Below are positions 52,736 to 64,000 of a stretch of 64,000 nucleotides of DNA, piece by piece. The notes below the pieces were generated by a model, which was not told the DNA's origin, ran no database searches, and saw only the letters and a program-made list of their open reading frames with translations. Each line of letters begins with the position of its first letter. Within the stretch, counting starts at the first letter, position 1. Both the position numbers and the translations under genes were made by a program. This stretch comes from Antedon mediterranea (Eukaryota; Animalia; Echinodermata): assembly GCF_964355755.1 (NCBI RefSeq), contig NC_092672.1:34726437-34790436 (forward strand), in the 5' to 3' direction.

Positions 52736-54030
52736 TTAAACTGTACTAAGACAACGGCAATAATTGTTACCTCTTTCTCCCTCACAAACAGCTACAGATT
52801 GCACAATATTTGATTCTTCAGCGGGCAAATCATCCACCGCCGACTTCTTCGTTGAAGGATGAGAACGACCTGGCCGATGAACCCGCTTGCTAGCGTTTTT
52901 TGACCTAGGACTGTTTTTCCTCCTGCAGTTCATTTTTGTGAGATGCCCTGAGTAAGGCACAGCTCGTTGAGTACACACCTTATCCGGTGATCTGTGCGTT
53001 TTTTTATAACGACGCCTATGAAAGTGCGTTGTTGAATGTCTTGATAAACCAGTATATTCCTCATGTAGTCGTTTGATGCGTCTGTATGCACATTTCAAAC
53101 AAGGTTCGTATTCAGTGGCTGCCGCTGCGAATTTCTGTTCAGCTGCAATTCTATGTTGAGATCTGTCGTTGCCTTCCTGCGAAAGATTGACCTTCATTGA
53201 CCCATTTGTCATTTTACTTTGACCTGAATTTTTAGATTCATCGCTGTCCACCTTTTTACTATTGTACTGCCTAGTCCTATGTACACATTTTGGCAATAAC
53301 TGTACAGAGTTTTCAAAAGCCTGCAGCGGCGGTAACGATTCAGGTCGAGAATAAACGTGAGGGTCCGGCGGTGTCGGATCGCTTCGTAAACTAATACAAC
53401 TTCCATAAATACTTTGGTTACTGTCAAAATTATCCCAATTACCCGAGTTCCGACTGGAATCACTGACTTCCCAATCTGCATGAAACGCAGACGGCGTCAA
53501 ACTACTCAACGACGTTGTCTCGCGCAAATCACTCGGACAGTCTTCATAAAAATACAAATAATCATGCACTATTTGATCGCGCGGATGAACATACTGTGGG
53601 CCTGTAGGTAGCTGAGTTGCTAAAGCTTCATATTGTAAAAAAGATTGGCTGCTTGATATTTTAGGTAACTGTACAAATTGTCTGTCGTTCCCTTGTCTAA
53701 ATGTACTGTGTTTATTTCTACTTCTACGCATCGCTGCTTTACGATTCTCACAACGATGACACAAATTTGATGTCCGTGTCTCATCAACGTTTTGCATTGT
53801 AGTTTGTTCTGCGTGTCGATTCCTGCGAGATGGGCTACCTGCTTGGCCGTTACGTCGGGCGTACCCAGGCCATGACTGCCGCTGGTCTACCCCTGATGGA
53901 GCCACTGCACTGTAAAGATTTTGGCGACGCTGCAAGGCGGCAGAAAGACGCACGGATTGCACATAATTGTGATCAAATGGATGAGTTGTGACAGCGTTGG
54001 GCATACACAAATGAGCTTCAGTTGAAAATT
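52736..54030 (-). CDS. znrf3: ZNRF3/RNF43-like E3 ligase, terminal exon (cytoplasmic tail, about 430 aa)
   Basis: Acceptor ttcaattag| on the minus strand; phase 1 matches the RING exon. Contains SNQSIYGSC...DPHVY, like ZNRF3 SNQGVYGSC...DPFIY. Stop TAA at 52738-52736. Confidence 0.9.
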
Positions 54031-54420
54031 CTAATTGAAAGAAGATAATTATAAATAGGTTATTTCAAATTCAGTTAGGATGTTAATGTGATGAATATAA
54101 AGTTATTCCATTAATCCATCTTAAATTAAACAAACTGTTGAGAACGTGCTTCATGTGACCTTCCATTTTTTTTTTATTTGAGCTTGAAATTAAAGATTTG
54201 AAAATTGATAAATATAAAGTGATTAACCTTCCTCTTCCTGTAGCCTTAGTTAGTAACATATGGGTGTGGTTTGCCATTAACAAGACTTTGAAATGAAACG
54301 ATTGATTGCAATCAGAGTACTACTATATGACATATATACATAGTTCTTTAGCATAGGTTCATTTTAAAGAATATAATATTTAACAGCATTCAACAGCATA
54401 AAACGCAATTTACAGACTTA

Positions 54421-54581
54421 AGCTCTGTCTACACTATCAAACTTTAAGTGACAACAAAATGTGATGTGTCCATATATGGACATGATGATGTAATCTCTAC
54501 CATATTTAGGCATATCAGTACCATATATGGGCACATCACCCCTTTTTTTTGTCAAACTAGTTTGATAGTGTAGACAGAGCA
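54421..54581 (+). mobile_element. MITE-A, full copy, intronic
   Basis: TIRs; TTA..TTA TSD. Confidence 0.9.
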
Positions 54582-54672
54582 TTAGATGTAAACATAGGTT
54601 GGAAACATCTCATAGTCTCATATGAGGCTTAGGGAATCTCAATGTTTTTGGCAAGGATAACAAGTGGAATAT

Positions 54673-54846
<174 letters not shown>

Positions 54847-54920
54847 CTAAGAAAGAAACATTATCAAGTTATTTAATAATAAATATGCAATCAAGTTTTT
54901 AATATAAAATAACAAATCTA

Positions 54921-55175
54921 GTAAAAAAAGGTAAAGTCGAAACCTAGGCTAATGCTTACGGCCGTGGTGCCCATCTCCATTTCTTTAGCGTTTGGGCCAG
55001 ACTCCACTAAGTGTGTATGTTTGTGGGGGGTACGCCACTCCTCCCGCACAAACAAGTCTGATTTACCTTCCCAGTACTTTTTACATACCGGTACCCATTT
55101 CTATCACCTGGGTGGGGAGGAACAATGTGGATAAAGAATCTTGCTCAAGGACTCAACACTGCAGTGACCGGGCCG
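54921..55175 (-). mobile_element. 5'-truncated SINE with the same CORE-like centre but a different tail
   Basis: Minus strand: gtccttgagcaagatt...ccccacccaggtgatagaaatgggtacc, then ...gaaatggagatgggcacc... and a (tttacc)-like end. Confidence 0.7.
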
Positions 55176-55809
55176 TAAATATGTACTATTAATATACACA
55201 CAGATGTGAGGTGGGTTATATTGTATTGTAATAAAACCAACTTCAATGATAATTAATGGTTTTAATGTACATAGCATAAATGTGTTCTTTCATCAAAAAG
55301 TCTATTGGAAGGCCTCCTATCCTGTGTAAAAAAAAACCCCAGCATTCAACACAGGAAGCCTTGTGAATATCAATTTTCCATACATACCCTTAAAATATTG
55401 GCAATAACACCCTAACATAATACTAGTCTTTTTTAAAACGTGTTCTATGAATGTACTGTTTATTTAATTGTACTTGGACTTTAACTGTTTTACTAAGCAT
55501 GGTTTAATGTTATTATATGTGTTATAATTACTATTCTATAAGGCATTGATCAAACGTTATGAAGACTGCAAAAAAAGACAGAAAGGCCTAGAAAGATGTA
55601 ATTAATTGCTTTAAGTTGATTGCTGTACAGCTAATTAAAGTCCTTGATGCATGAGGAAATCAACAACCGGATTATGAAGGATATTTGTTAAAATACTAAT
55701 TACAGATGAAATTACCATTCTGTAATCAAAATTGATTATTTTGCTTTCATCATTAGTGCTGTGAATGAAATGTTTCTGATTATATAGGGGAATAAATGAG
55801 GCAATAAAT

Positions 55810-56062
55810 GAGGCAATGATGTTGATGATGACGTTGATGACGATGATGTTGATAATGACAATGATGATGACAATGATGAGGATGATGATGACAATGATGA
55901 TGATGATGACAATGATGATATGATGACGACAATGATGACAATGATGATAACAATGATGATGATGGCAATGATCATATGATGACAATGATGAATGTTAATG
56001 ATGATGACAATGATGTTGATAATATTCTTGATAATAATAAAGATGATGATATTGTTATAATG
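55810..56062. repeat. (GAT/GAC/AAT)n trinucleotide microsatellite, intronic
   Basis: atgatgacaatgatgatg... tract. Confidence 0.95.
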
Positions 56063-56093
56063 ATACTATCATTATCAATGTTCATATACAAAC

Positions 56094-56261
56094 CTCTCCA
56101 TCTTTAAAATCCTCCAAACAAATAGCGCAGAGTACACCATCCGACAATGTGCTCACGCTACGACGTCCTCCTTCATACTGCCCTCTATGTTGATCGATGC
56201 GTTTGTATTTGCGTACTTTCATCTGTGACAAAGTGTTCTGGGTCAACTGTGTTGTAGTAGT
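56094..56261 (-). CDS. znrf3: ZNRF3/RNF43-like linker plus RING start (TTTTQLTQNTLSQMKVRKYK...LCAICLEDFKDGE)
   Basis: 168-nt phase 0/0 exon with ccttacag| acceptor and GAG|GT donor; CAICLE motif. Confidence 0.95.
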
Positions 56262-58021
56262 CTGTAAGGCAAATGATAATTAAGGCATGTCATTATAGAG
56301 TCCTTGGAAACTGCTATTAGATAATTAGCAACTTAATGGTAACAGTACACATTAATATTAAACACAGATTTGATAATTATGAAAAGACTACAAATACAGT
56401 AGAACCAGGTATAGGTACACATTTGATACCACACACTATCCTCTTATGGGGGTTTCCCCTGAATGGGGGTTATAGTGTGATAGTATATATAGTAGTATTT
56501 GTTAGTATACAGTAGTATAACATTTAACAAAAAGAACAATATTTTAACCAGACAAATGATGAACTAATAATCACTGTATAAAACAACATTTGCTGAATAC
56601 ATTGTTTTACAATAAACCGACATAAATAGCATTCTTGTATTTTCTTTACATTCTCATGTGAATTTTTCTTTCGCACATTACAAATGAATTATTCTTGAAG
56701 TCGTAAAAATTTGTCGCAATTCGTGACTTTAATAGTGTAACAAATACTTTATTATCTTGTAGTTTATTATTACATATGATATCTTTGTCATTACATTCTC
56801 ATGTAACAAGAGTGTTTACAACCACTGTATGCAATTAATACATTACAGAAACGTAATGAGAGTCTATGAAGCATTTTGACAGAAAGAAAAATTAGACTGT
56901 GTTTAAAGTGACAATAGCAGGAATAACTAAATTATGTTTGAAATTTTTTAAGACTTGTTATTAAGAAACTGAAAACAACTTTTAATGTAGAATAATTGTA
57001 AATGAGAAATATTTAAACTTAAAAACAACTTTATGGTTATAAATAGATTTGAAAACTTATTAATAATTGAATGAATCATAGTTATATCTTAATATTATTT
57101 AAATGTTTGTATTGATGCTTAAACAACATGATTTAGAATAAGAAATTCATAATTTTATTATTTTGATATCGAAGAGACATATTGCTTTTCCTCTAATGTC
57201 ATTTTGTCTAGATACAAAACAACGGCAATATGCAATACTCAAAACACTAAAGGATAATAAACAACATTATGGAATTTATTTGTTTATCGAAAACAAATAT
57301 TAGGCCTCAATATCAATAATAATTTGACAATGAAGTGAGAAATTGTTTCTAGTTGTCGAGAAACAGAACAACAGGAGGATTAAATATAAAGAAACAAACT
57401 GCAATTATATATAAGATAGGATAAACTCAGATTAGCTTTCATCAAACGTCATCAACATTTAGGCCTACAATATAGTAACACATTTTTTCTACATTCGATA
57501 AAATCCACGATATTTACGATATCATAAGTTGTGTTGAATTCAGTTGAACGTAGATTAATAAGCTCCTGCTTAGAGGAAACTACCGTGGCAGAAGTCTATT
57601 GTTCCATGGTCGGATTATACGTCTTATCCACAATGATCATCGACAACGTTTAAGATGCAGTAACCGCGCTCGTTTACAGCTTATTCTACAGATGTCTCGG
57701 CTTTGCGAAAGCACAACGGCAAAGATGCAATAATTGAAAAATAATCTTTAGATTGCAAAAGAACCCGCTCACGGTATTAACATCCTTATATTCGGTCGTT
57801 TCTCACATGTTCTTTGTTCGATGCGTTGATGCGGAACTTAAGATTATCCTTTAAAGCAACTCAGAATCACGCCTTGTGTATCACTTAGCAAATTATTTTA
57901 TCATTGTTAAAGCATCTCACTAAACTAGATACTGTGGGCCTATAGAGGGCCTAATACTTTTTTTCAGTAAACTAAGGGGAATTAAATATATTTTTCATTA
58001 AGATAGGTGGTGTTTTGTTAC

Positions 58022-58141
58022 CTGTCTTGAACGTTGTCTCCACATAAACTTGAGCAGAACAAGCAAACAGACTATGGCAAATAGAACAAATACAGCAACG
58101 AAGATACTCATGTTGAAGAACTGATTTGTTGTGTCCATCAC
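58022..58141 (-). CDS. znrf3: ZNRF3/RNF43-like transmembrane exon (VMDTTNQFFNMSIFVAVFVLFAIVCLLVLLKFMWRQRSRQ)
   Basis: 120 nt with ttcttgcag| acceptor and CAG|GTAAC donor; aligns with ZNRF3 [33 protein letters not shown]. Upstream PA-domain exons not found in the window. Confidence 0.93.
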
Positions 58142-58299
58142 CTGCAAGAAAAAAGGAAACATTTCATTTCATTAGGATTCCAGTATCGCTCCAACTTTGA
58201 GTTTTGCTTTGAGTGTTGCTTCATTTGGAGCAACTGTTTAATATAGTTACAGTATCAAGATCTAAGATTGTTTTAATCAATGATGGAATGTTTATCATC

Positions 58300-58685
58300 A
58301 CTATGATAATATGTTGATATCAATATGGTGATATATTAATATCAATATGATAATATGTTGATATCAATATGGTGATATTAATATCAATATGATAATATGT
58401 TGATATCAATATGGTGATATTAATATTATCAATATGATAACATGTTGATATCAATATGGTGATACTGTATATATCAATATGATATGTTGATATCAATAGG
58501 ATAATACAGTATGTTGATATCAATATGATAATTATATGTTGATATAAAAATGGTGATATTTATAATATTCAGTAAATATGATAATATGTTGATATCAATA
58601 TGATATGTCGATATCAATATGATATGTTAATATCAATATATTTTATGTTGATATTAATGATGATAATATGTTGATATCAATATGT
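58300..58685. repeat. AT-rich degenerate minisatellite with palindromic core ttgatatcaa
   Basis: atgataatatgttgatatcaatatggtgatatt variants in tandem. Confidence 0.9.
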
Positions 58686-60370
58686 TCATGCATAAAATAT
58701 TTCAAATTTTATTTAAAAAATAGTTCTCTGTAATCTCATTCTTAATCTTTTATTTCCAAATAACACTGAACAGAGTACTCTACAAAGGAGAAAAACATCC
58801 AACACCCACATTACTGTACAGTGGGGTGGAATACCAAAACACACTGGAAATTGAATTGCGATGAGGCTAGCCCACCCATCAAGAAACAATGTATACCTAC
58901 ACCATAATGTTTGACTTTCTCATGTAAAGTAATTAAGGCCTCAAGTTGAATCGTGTCGTAACAACGAAACAGACTTATACAACCAGTTATGATGGCGTCG
59001 TTCGTTATTCCTTGTTCCTGGCTGTATTTTATATTCATTGTTTTTAAATATTGTACTGTGTTTTATCTCAAAAGATAAGATAATGCTTTTTCATTGGTAT
59101 GTATCAAAATAAATGCCTAATTCCTTTTCTAGAAGGCAGGACAAATACAGAAAATAATCTGTCTATAGTATTAATAATTATCCAATTAAATTGCTAAAAT
59201 AAATTTATTTTTTACCTTACTCCACACATACACCAATTGCTGTACTTTTAATATAGTGTGAATATTGTACTACTGCTGTTATATATATATATATATTTTT
59301 TTTTTATTATTAAAAATATATTCATTTCATAATATTCATAACTTAACATAAATGTTAACACATTCACTTAGCCTATTCATTTTCCTAAACATATTCATTT
59401 CTTAATACAATTCATATTCTAGTAGTAGCATATTCATTTCTTACCATAATCATTTTAGCAAAGGCCTATACATATAAATATATTTTAATAACAAACGAAT
59501 CAATTTGACTGCCCTATCATCATTCATGCTTCCTTATTAGTGTAAGAACGTGACTATATACATTGTACTTTGTATGACACGCCAAATGTCACTGCCCTAA
59601 TTGATGTTATATATGTGGATATGTAATAATATCTATACTCAATATACTGTGTTAACTTCATACGTGATCTACCAAATTTCATTGCCCTAATTCATAAAAT
59701 TATACACAATACCATAATATTCATAACATCGAGGACGTTCCAGTTATTAACTGTTGTAGTACCCGTACAACAGACACGGTAGTTTTTGTTAGTACTTTGT
59801 AGTAGGCCTACATACGCCATGTTGCTATTATGTGAAAATGTAATAATAAGCCATGTAATTTCCTAAGTGATCCACTAAATTTAATCGCCCTCTGTCATCA
59901 TAAATTCATAAACTCTTCATACCATTATTATTTTCAATATACTGTAACATCGTTCTACTTATTCACTTTTACTACCACCAGTGCAACACGTAGACCTATA
60001 TTAGAGGTCGTTCAACTTTAAACTGTTGGTATATAAAACACTTTCTTTCATAAATATTGAGACAGGCAATGTAACTTTTTTTTTTACCTCCTTCCTTCCA
60101 ATTTTCTAATATAAATATAAACTACTATTTTAAATTGTTTTTTTTTATACTCTGAATAAAAATTCTGAAGAATATTAAGGGACTACTGTATGTCAAGTTT
60201 ATTCTACTGCAGTTACAGTACTGCAGTAAATCTTCCTTTTGTTTCTCTTTAATTTAACTTGTTTAATGATACCCAGCACACTTTTTGGGGAATATCATAC
60301 ATTCTTAAACTTCTACAAGTACAATAAACGTTGTGCAGTTACAACATGTATTACTGCAGTTACAGTATAA

Positions 60371-60534
60371 AGCTCTGTCCACACTATCAAACTTCATGTG
60401 ACAAAAAATGTGAAGTGCCCATATACTGTATGGACATGATGATGTCATATTGCTACCATATTTGGCCATATCACTACCATATTTGGGCACGTATCACACT
60501 TTTTTGTCAAACTAGTTTGATAGTGTAGACAGCT
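60371..60534 (+). mobile_element. MITE-A, near-full copy
   Basis: Both TIRs (right one with a 2-bp deletion); TAA/TTA flanks. Confidence 0.88.
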
Positions 60535-63500
60535 TTAGAATAATTTTTACATGATCCCTTATTGTTCTATAATTTCTTTAAAATCTATTCTTATCATCTT
60601 GGAATATTTTTTTTAAACTTAATCTTTCCAAGAAACAGAGAAAAATTGACAAGAATCCTAAATAAAACAACATTTTGAAATAGCTATTTTTAGCTATGAA
60701 AATAATATATATTTGTATGTTCAGTTCTGGATTTCTTAGCAATTTATTGTGATGAGCCGATCTTTCACTCTGAGAGCATCCAAGGGGCGGAGACGTACAC
60801 TATTTGTGTTACCTTTAATGTGCATAGGGAAAATTGACTCGTGATTTTACATGAGCGGCTACAAAAGCCAGACATTAGGTCTACGTGAGCTGTCATCATC
60901 AATGATGTTATAGTCTACTCAATAGCTTATATCACAACATCATCTATAGTATATGTACAGTACTACAATATTTTTCAAAACACTATTGTGTCGACTATCA
61001 TCCCATTAAATACTAAATATTTTGTTTATTACATGTTAAAATAAAGTAGCATTTCTGAATAATATAAGAATTATTATTGGAGTTCTATATTCAGATTGAA
61101 TCTACAACCATAACATTGTACTCTATTTCAAAGGAAAGATCTGAACCAAGATTTTGAGATTGATTTTAATCAACCACTAGCGTACAAGGCACATTGTACA
61201 TTGTGCCAGAGTTATAACTCGCTCTTAGGGAAGAAAGGGCTATTGTCGGTTTATCCAGGTAAGCTAAGCACGAAATAGACGACGCAGTTCTCAGAATATT
61301 CAGTGAATAATTTTAAATAAAAGAAAACCTCATATGAAGACAGACACATAATACATATTGTATTGTCAATGATACTAACTTTTCAATCTATTTTGATAAT
61401 TTTCAAGAATCTACTGTATCTATTAATATTTCATACTGTACTACATCAATTATTATTGTATACACTTCTCATTAATTACCTTTATGGAATCCAATCAAAG
61501 TATTTTGTTAAATCGTTATCAAGATTCTTACTCCTTTCTATTAATCAGGTATTCAGGTTTATTAACACAACAGATGTGTAACACACCAAGTATGCTCTTA
61601 GTTAAATTGATGATTTCATATTATGGGAAATTAAAATAACTGGTAAGAGTAAGTTGTTCTGTAACCCCTGACTGGAAGCATGAAGACATTTCTTTTAATC
61701 TTTACTATATGGCAGTGATTAAAATGGTTGGCGTGGATATAAAATGGTCGGATGTTTAGAGTGGAAGAGATTTAGGTTCAACGGGTCAGAAACTTACCAA
61801 CTTGAGTAGCATCAACGAGAGACTTAAACCCAAAAACTGATGGTTATGATTAAACATAGCAATTTTTATGTCACTTTGAAATCTTAGTTGCTTAGTTTCA
61901 GGAACTTTTATACCACGATATAAAATCAACGACTTAGTTTATTTATATCACTTTGGAGTGTTAGTTGTTGCTAAAGTTTGTTTAGATTTGCGCTAATCTC
62001 AAAGCAATGATAATGTTTAACTTCCTGTGATGGCAAGTTTACGAGAATTTTCAAATGTAAACAAACAAAATTGAAAGATGTTATGAATCAATATAAATGG
62101 TGATTGGCCATTAGTCATATCAACATTATACTTTAATATTGTAAATATTAATAAACTTTCTTTCTGTTATAATTGTATCAGACGATATATGTGATAGTTA
62201 TGTATTTTATTTTGTAAACATTTTTTTTTAAAGCTCGAACCTCGTGTTAGGAGAGTGTTTCTCTGCTTTAAAGAAGAGTTACAAATAAATATTATTGTAA
62301 CCATGATTTAGCATTGCAGCTAAAAGTTAACCAGTTTATCTGGTTTTTTAACGCAATTTAACATGTTATTCAAAATGTGTTTAGTTCTAAGAAAATGTTA
62401 TTTATTTATTCCAATTTATCCCAAATTCAACAGAGATAAATTTATTTAAAAGGCAAGGAAAACCAAACGGTATAACATGTGTAACACGTATCACCGTCGT
62501 GAGGTGGTTTCCCGAATGATCGTAAACCAAACAGATAGAAAGAAAGAAAATTCTGATCTACAGTACAATATAGCAGAAATTGAAATAACCACTGGAAGCT
62601 GTATGGAATCCTTGTATTGTACACGTTAAAATATTACAACACACACCCTTGTATAAATGTCGATATATTAATACAAAGATAATTAGAACTGACCTTCCCA
62701 TGACATCATCAGCAAGTTGATATAACGTGTTTGCAACCTCTCTATTATTCAGCGTGTTGAGTAGAAATGCGTTTAAATTTTTATTCTTTACAATGTAAAT
62801 TATAAATAATTCAAAAACCAAGGATCCATTATTAAAATTTCTTTTTAATTTAATCCTGTCAGGATAAATTAACTCTGTCAAAATAACACGTTTCTGTCTA
62901 GAAGAAGACAATTTTTAGTATGATCTTGACTCTTTTAAGAAACATATTTTATTAATTTATTTATTAACCAACGAAAGCTAAACATTTATTGACAAATGAA
63001 ACAAAATAAAATATGAAATTAAATACTGTACAGGGTAGGTCTACTTATCAAAAACAATAGTTACAATAAGATTTATTTGTTGGAGTTTTTTTTTATGATG
63101 GGTGGGGGGGGGGGGAGTAGGGAGAGGGGGTATCTATCTATTTAATTAAAAAAAAAAAAATTAAAACCCAATTTTATTGATTGTTATTTTTTACCTATTT
63201 TATACCACTTTAAATGTTTAAATTTATCTCACAATATTCCTGTACAGTATAGTAATAATTTAAATAAAAAATATATATATAATTTGTATATACTATATCA
63301 TGATTAAGATCTTGTATTATTAGCGTGGTATTCTCAGTGGACTTAAGTCATTCATCAACAAGAATTAAGAAAATTCTTTTGAGCACCAGTTACCAGCTAC
63401 TAAACCATGCAAATAATAACAAAATGCTTTCAAGTCTGCCAACAAGAAACATGTGGAATGGGTTAACGAGAACGTTTACTCCTGGGAGAATTGCCGGGTA

Positions 63501-64000
63501 ATTTCTAGAATTCACCCTAAAACGTTACTAATAATTTATCCATGTTTAACAACAACAGACAAGCTTCAGGGTGAGAAAAAGGTGTGTGAGAAACTCTTGC
63601 GATAATGGATATTAACATTTGGTTTCTTAAGAAGCACGACGTTAGCGATGTTAGCGCAATTAGTTTAAACATCGGCCGTAATTAGGAATCAGCAAACGTT
63701 CCTTCAGGGGTGAGGCTGTTTTAATATAGAAGGATGTTAAAAGTATCATAAAAATATAAAAAGGTCTAAAAAAGCCTTGGGTGGTTTAGTACACGCATTT
63801 GATCCGGATTAAAGAGACTAAGCTATTATTTGTAAGAGGGCATTATAAGTTGTTGGCCCATGCAATCAATTGGGAGGTCTTTGATGTTCCGCCCAAACAG
63901 TAGGCAAGTGTTAATTCAATGGGACATCTTTCTTTTTATCTATTGATTAATAAATAAAAGGCCATGGTTTCTTAAGTGTTGATTCGTAACTGATACCAAG

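Noticed and set aside
55635-55985. Poly-His, poly-Ser and poly-Ile ORFs
   Set aside because: They come from a trinucleotide microsatellite within an intron.
58811-59038. 75-aa minus-strand ORF upstream of the TM exon
   Set aside because: No resemblance to the ZNRF3/RNF43 ectodomain in the frames examined.
62558-62911. 117-aa minus-strand ORF as the missing PA-domain exon
   Set aside because: No convincing PA motifs or phase-compatible splice sites; low-complexity AT-rich composition.

Overview
AT-rich (about 30% GC, estimated by eye) intron-containing animal DNA, probably from an invertebrate deuterostome. It holds two convergent protein-coding genes. (1) On the + strand, a complete 7-exon T-box gene (CDS 8737..39563, 1806 nt, 601 aa) has all GT-AG junctions phase-compatible and best matches the Tbx6/16 subfamily. 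(2) On the - strand lie the last four coding exons of a ZNRF3/RNF43-like PA-TM-RING E3 ligase (58141..52736); its PA-domain exons were not found and presumably lie beyond position 64000. The rest is intron and intergenic DNA with two PIF/Harbinger-type MITE families (TWA target duplications), a TTAA-flanked element, CORE-type SINEs, RTE and Penelope-like fragments, minisatellites and a 1.65-kb satellite built of foldback units. The most unusual signal is a window-wide excess of TA-xxx-TA words (at least 29 exact TAGGCCTA), which look like DNA-transposon excision footprints. No prokaryotic systems, CRISPR arrays or true tRNA/rRNA genes were seen.
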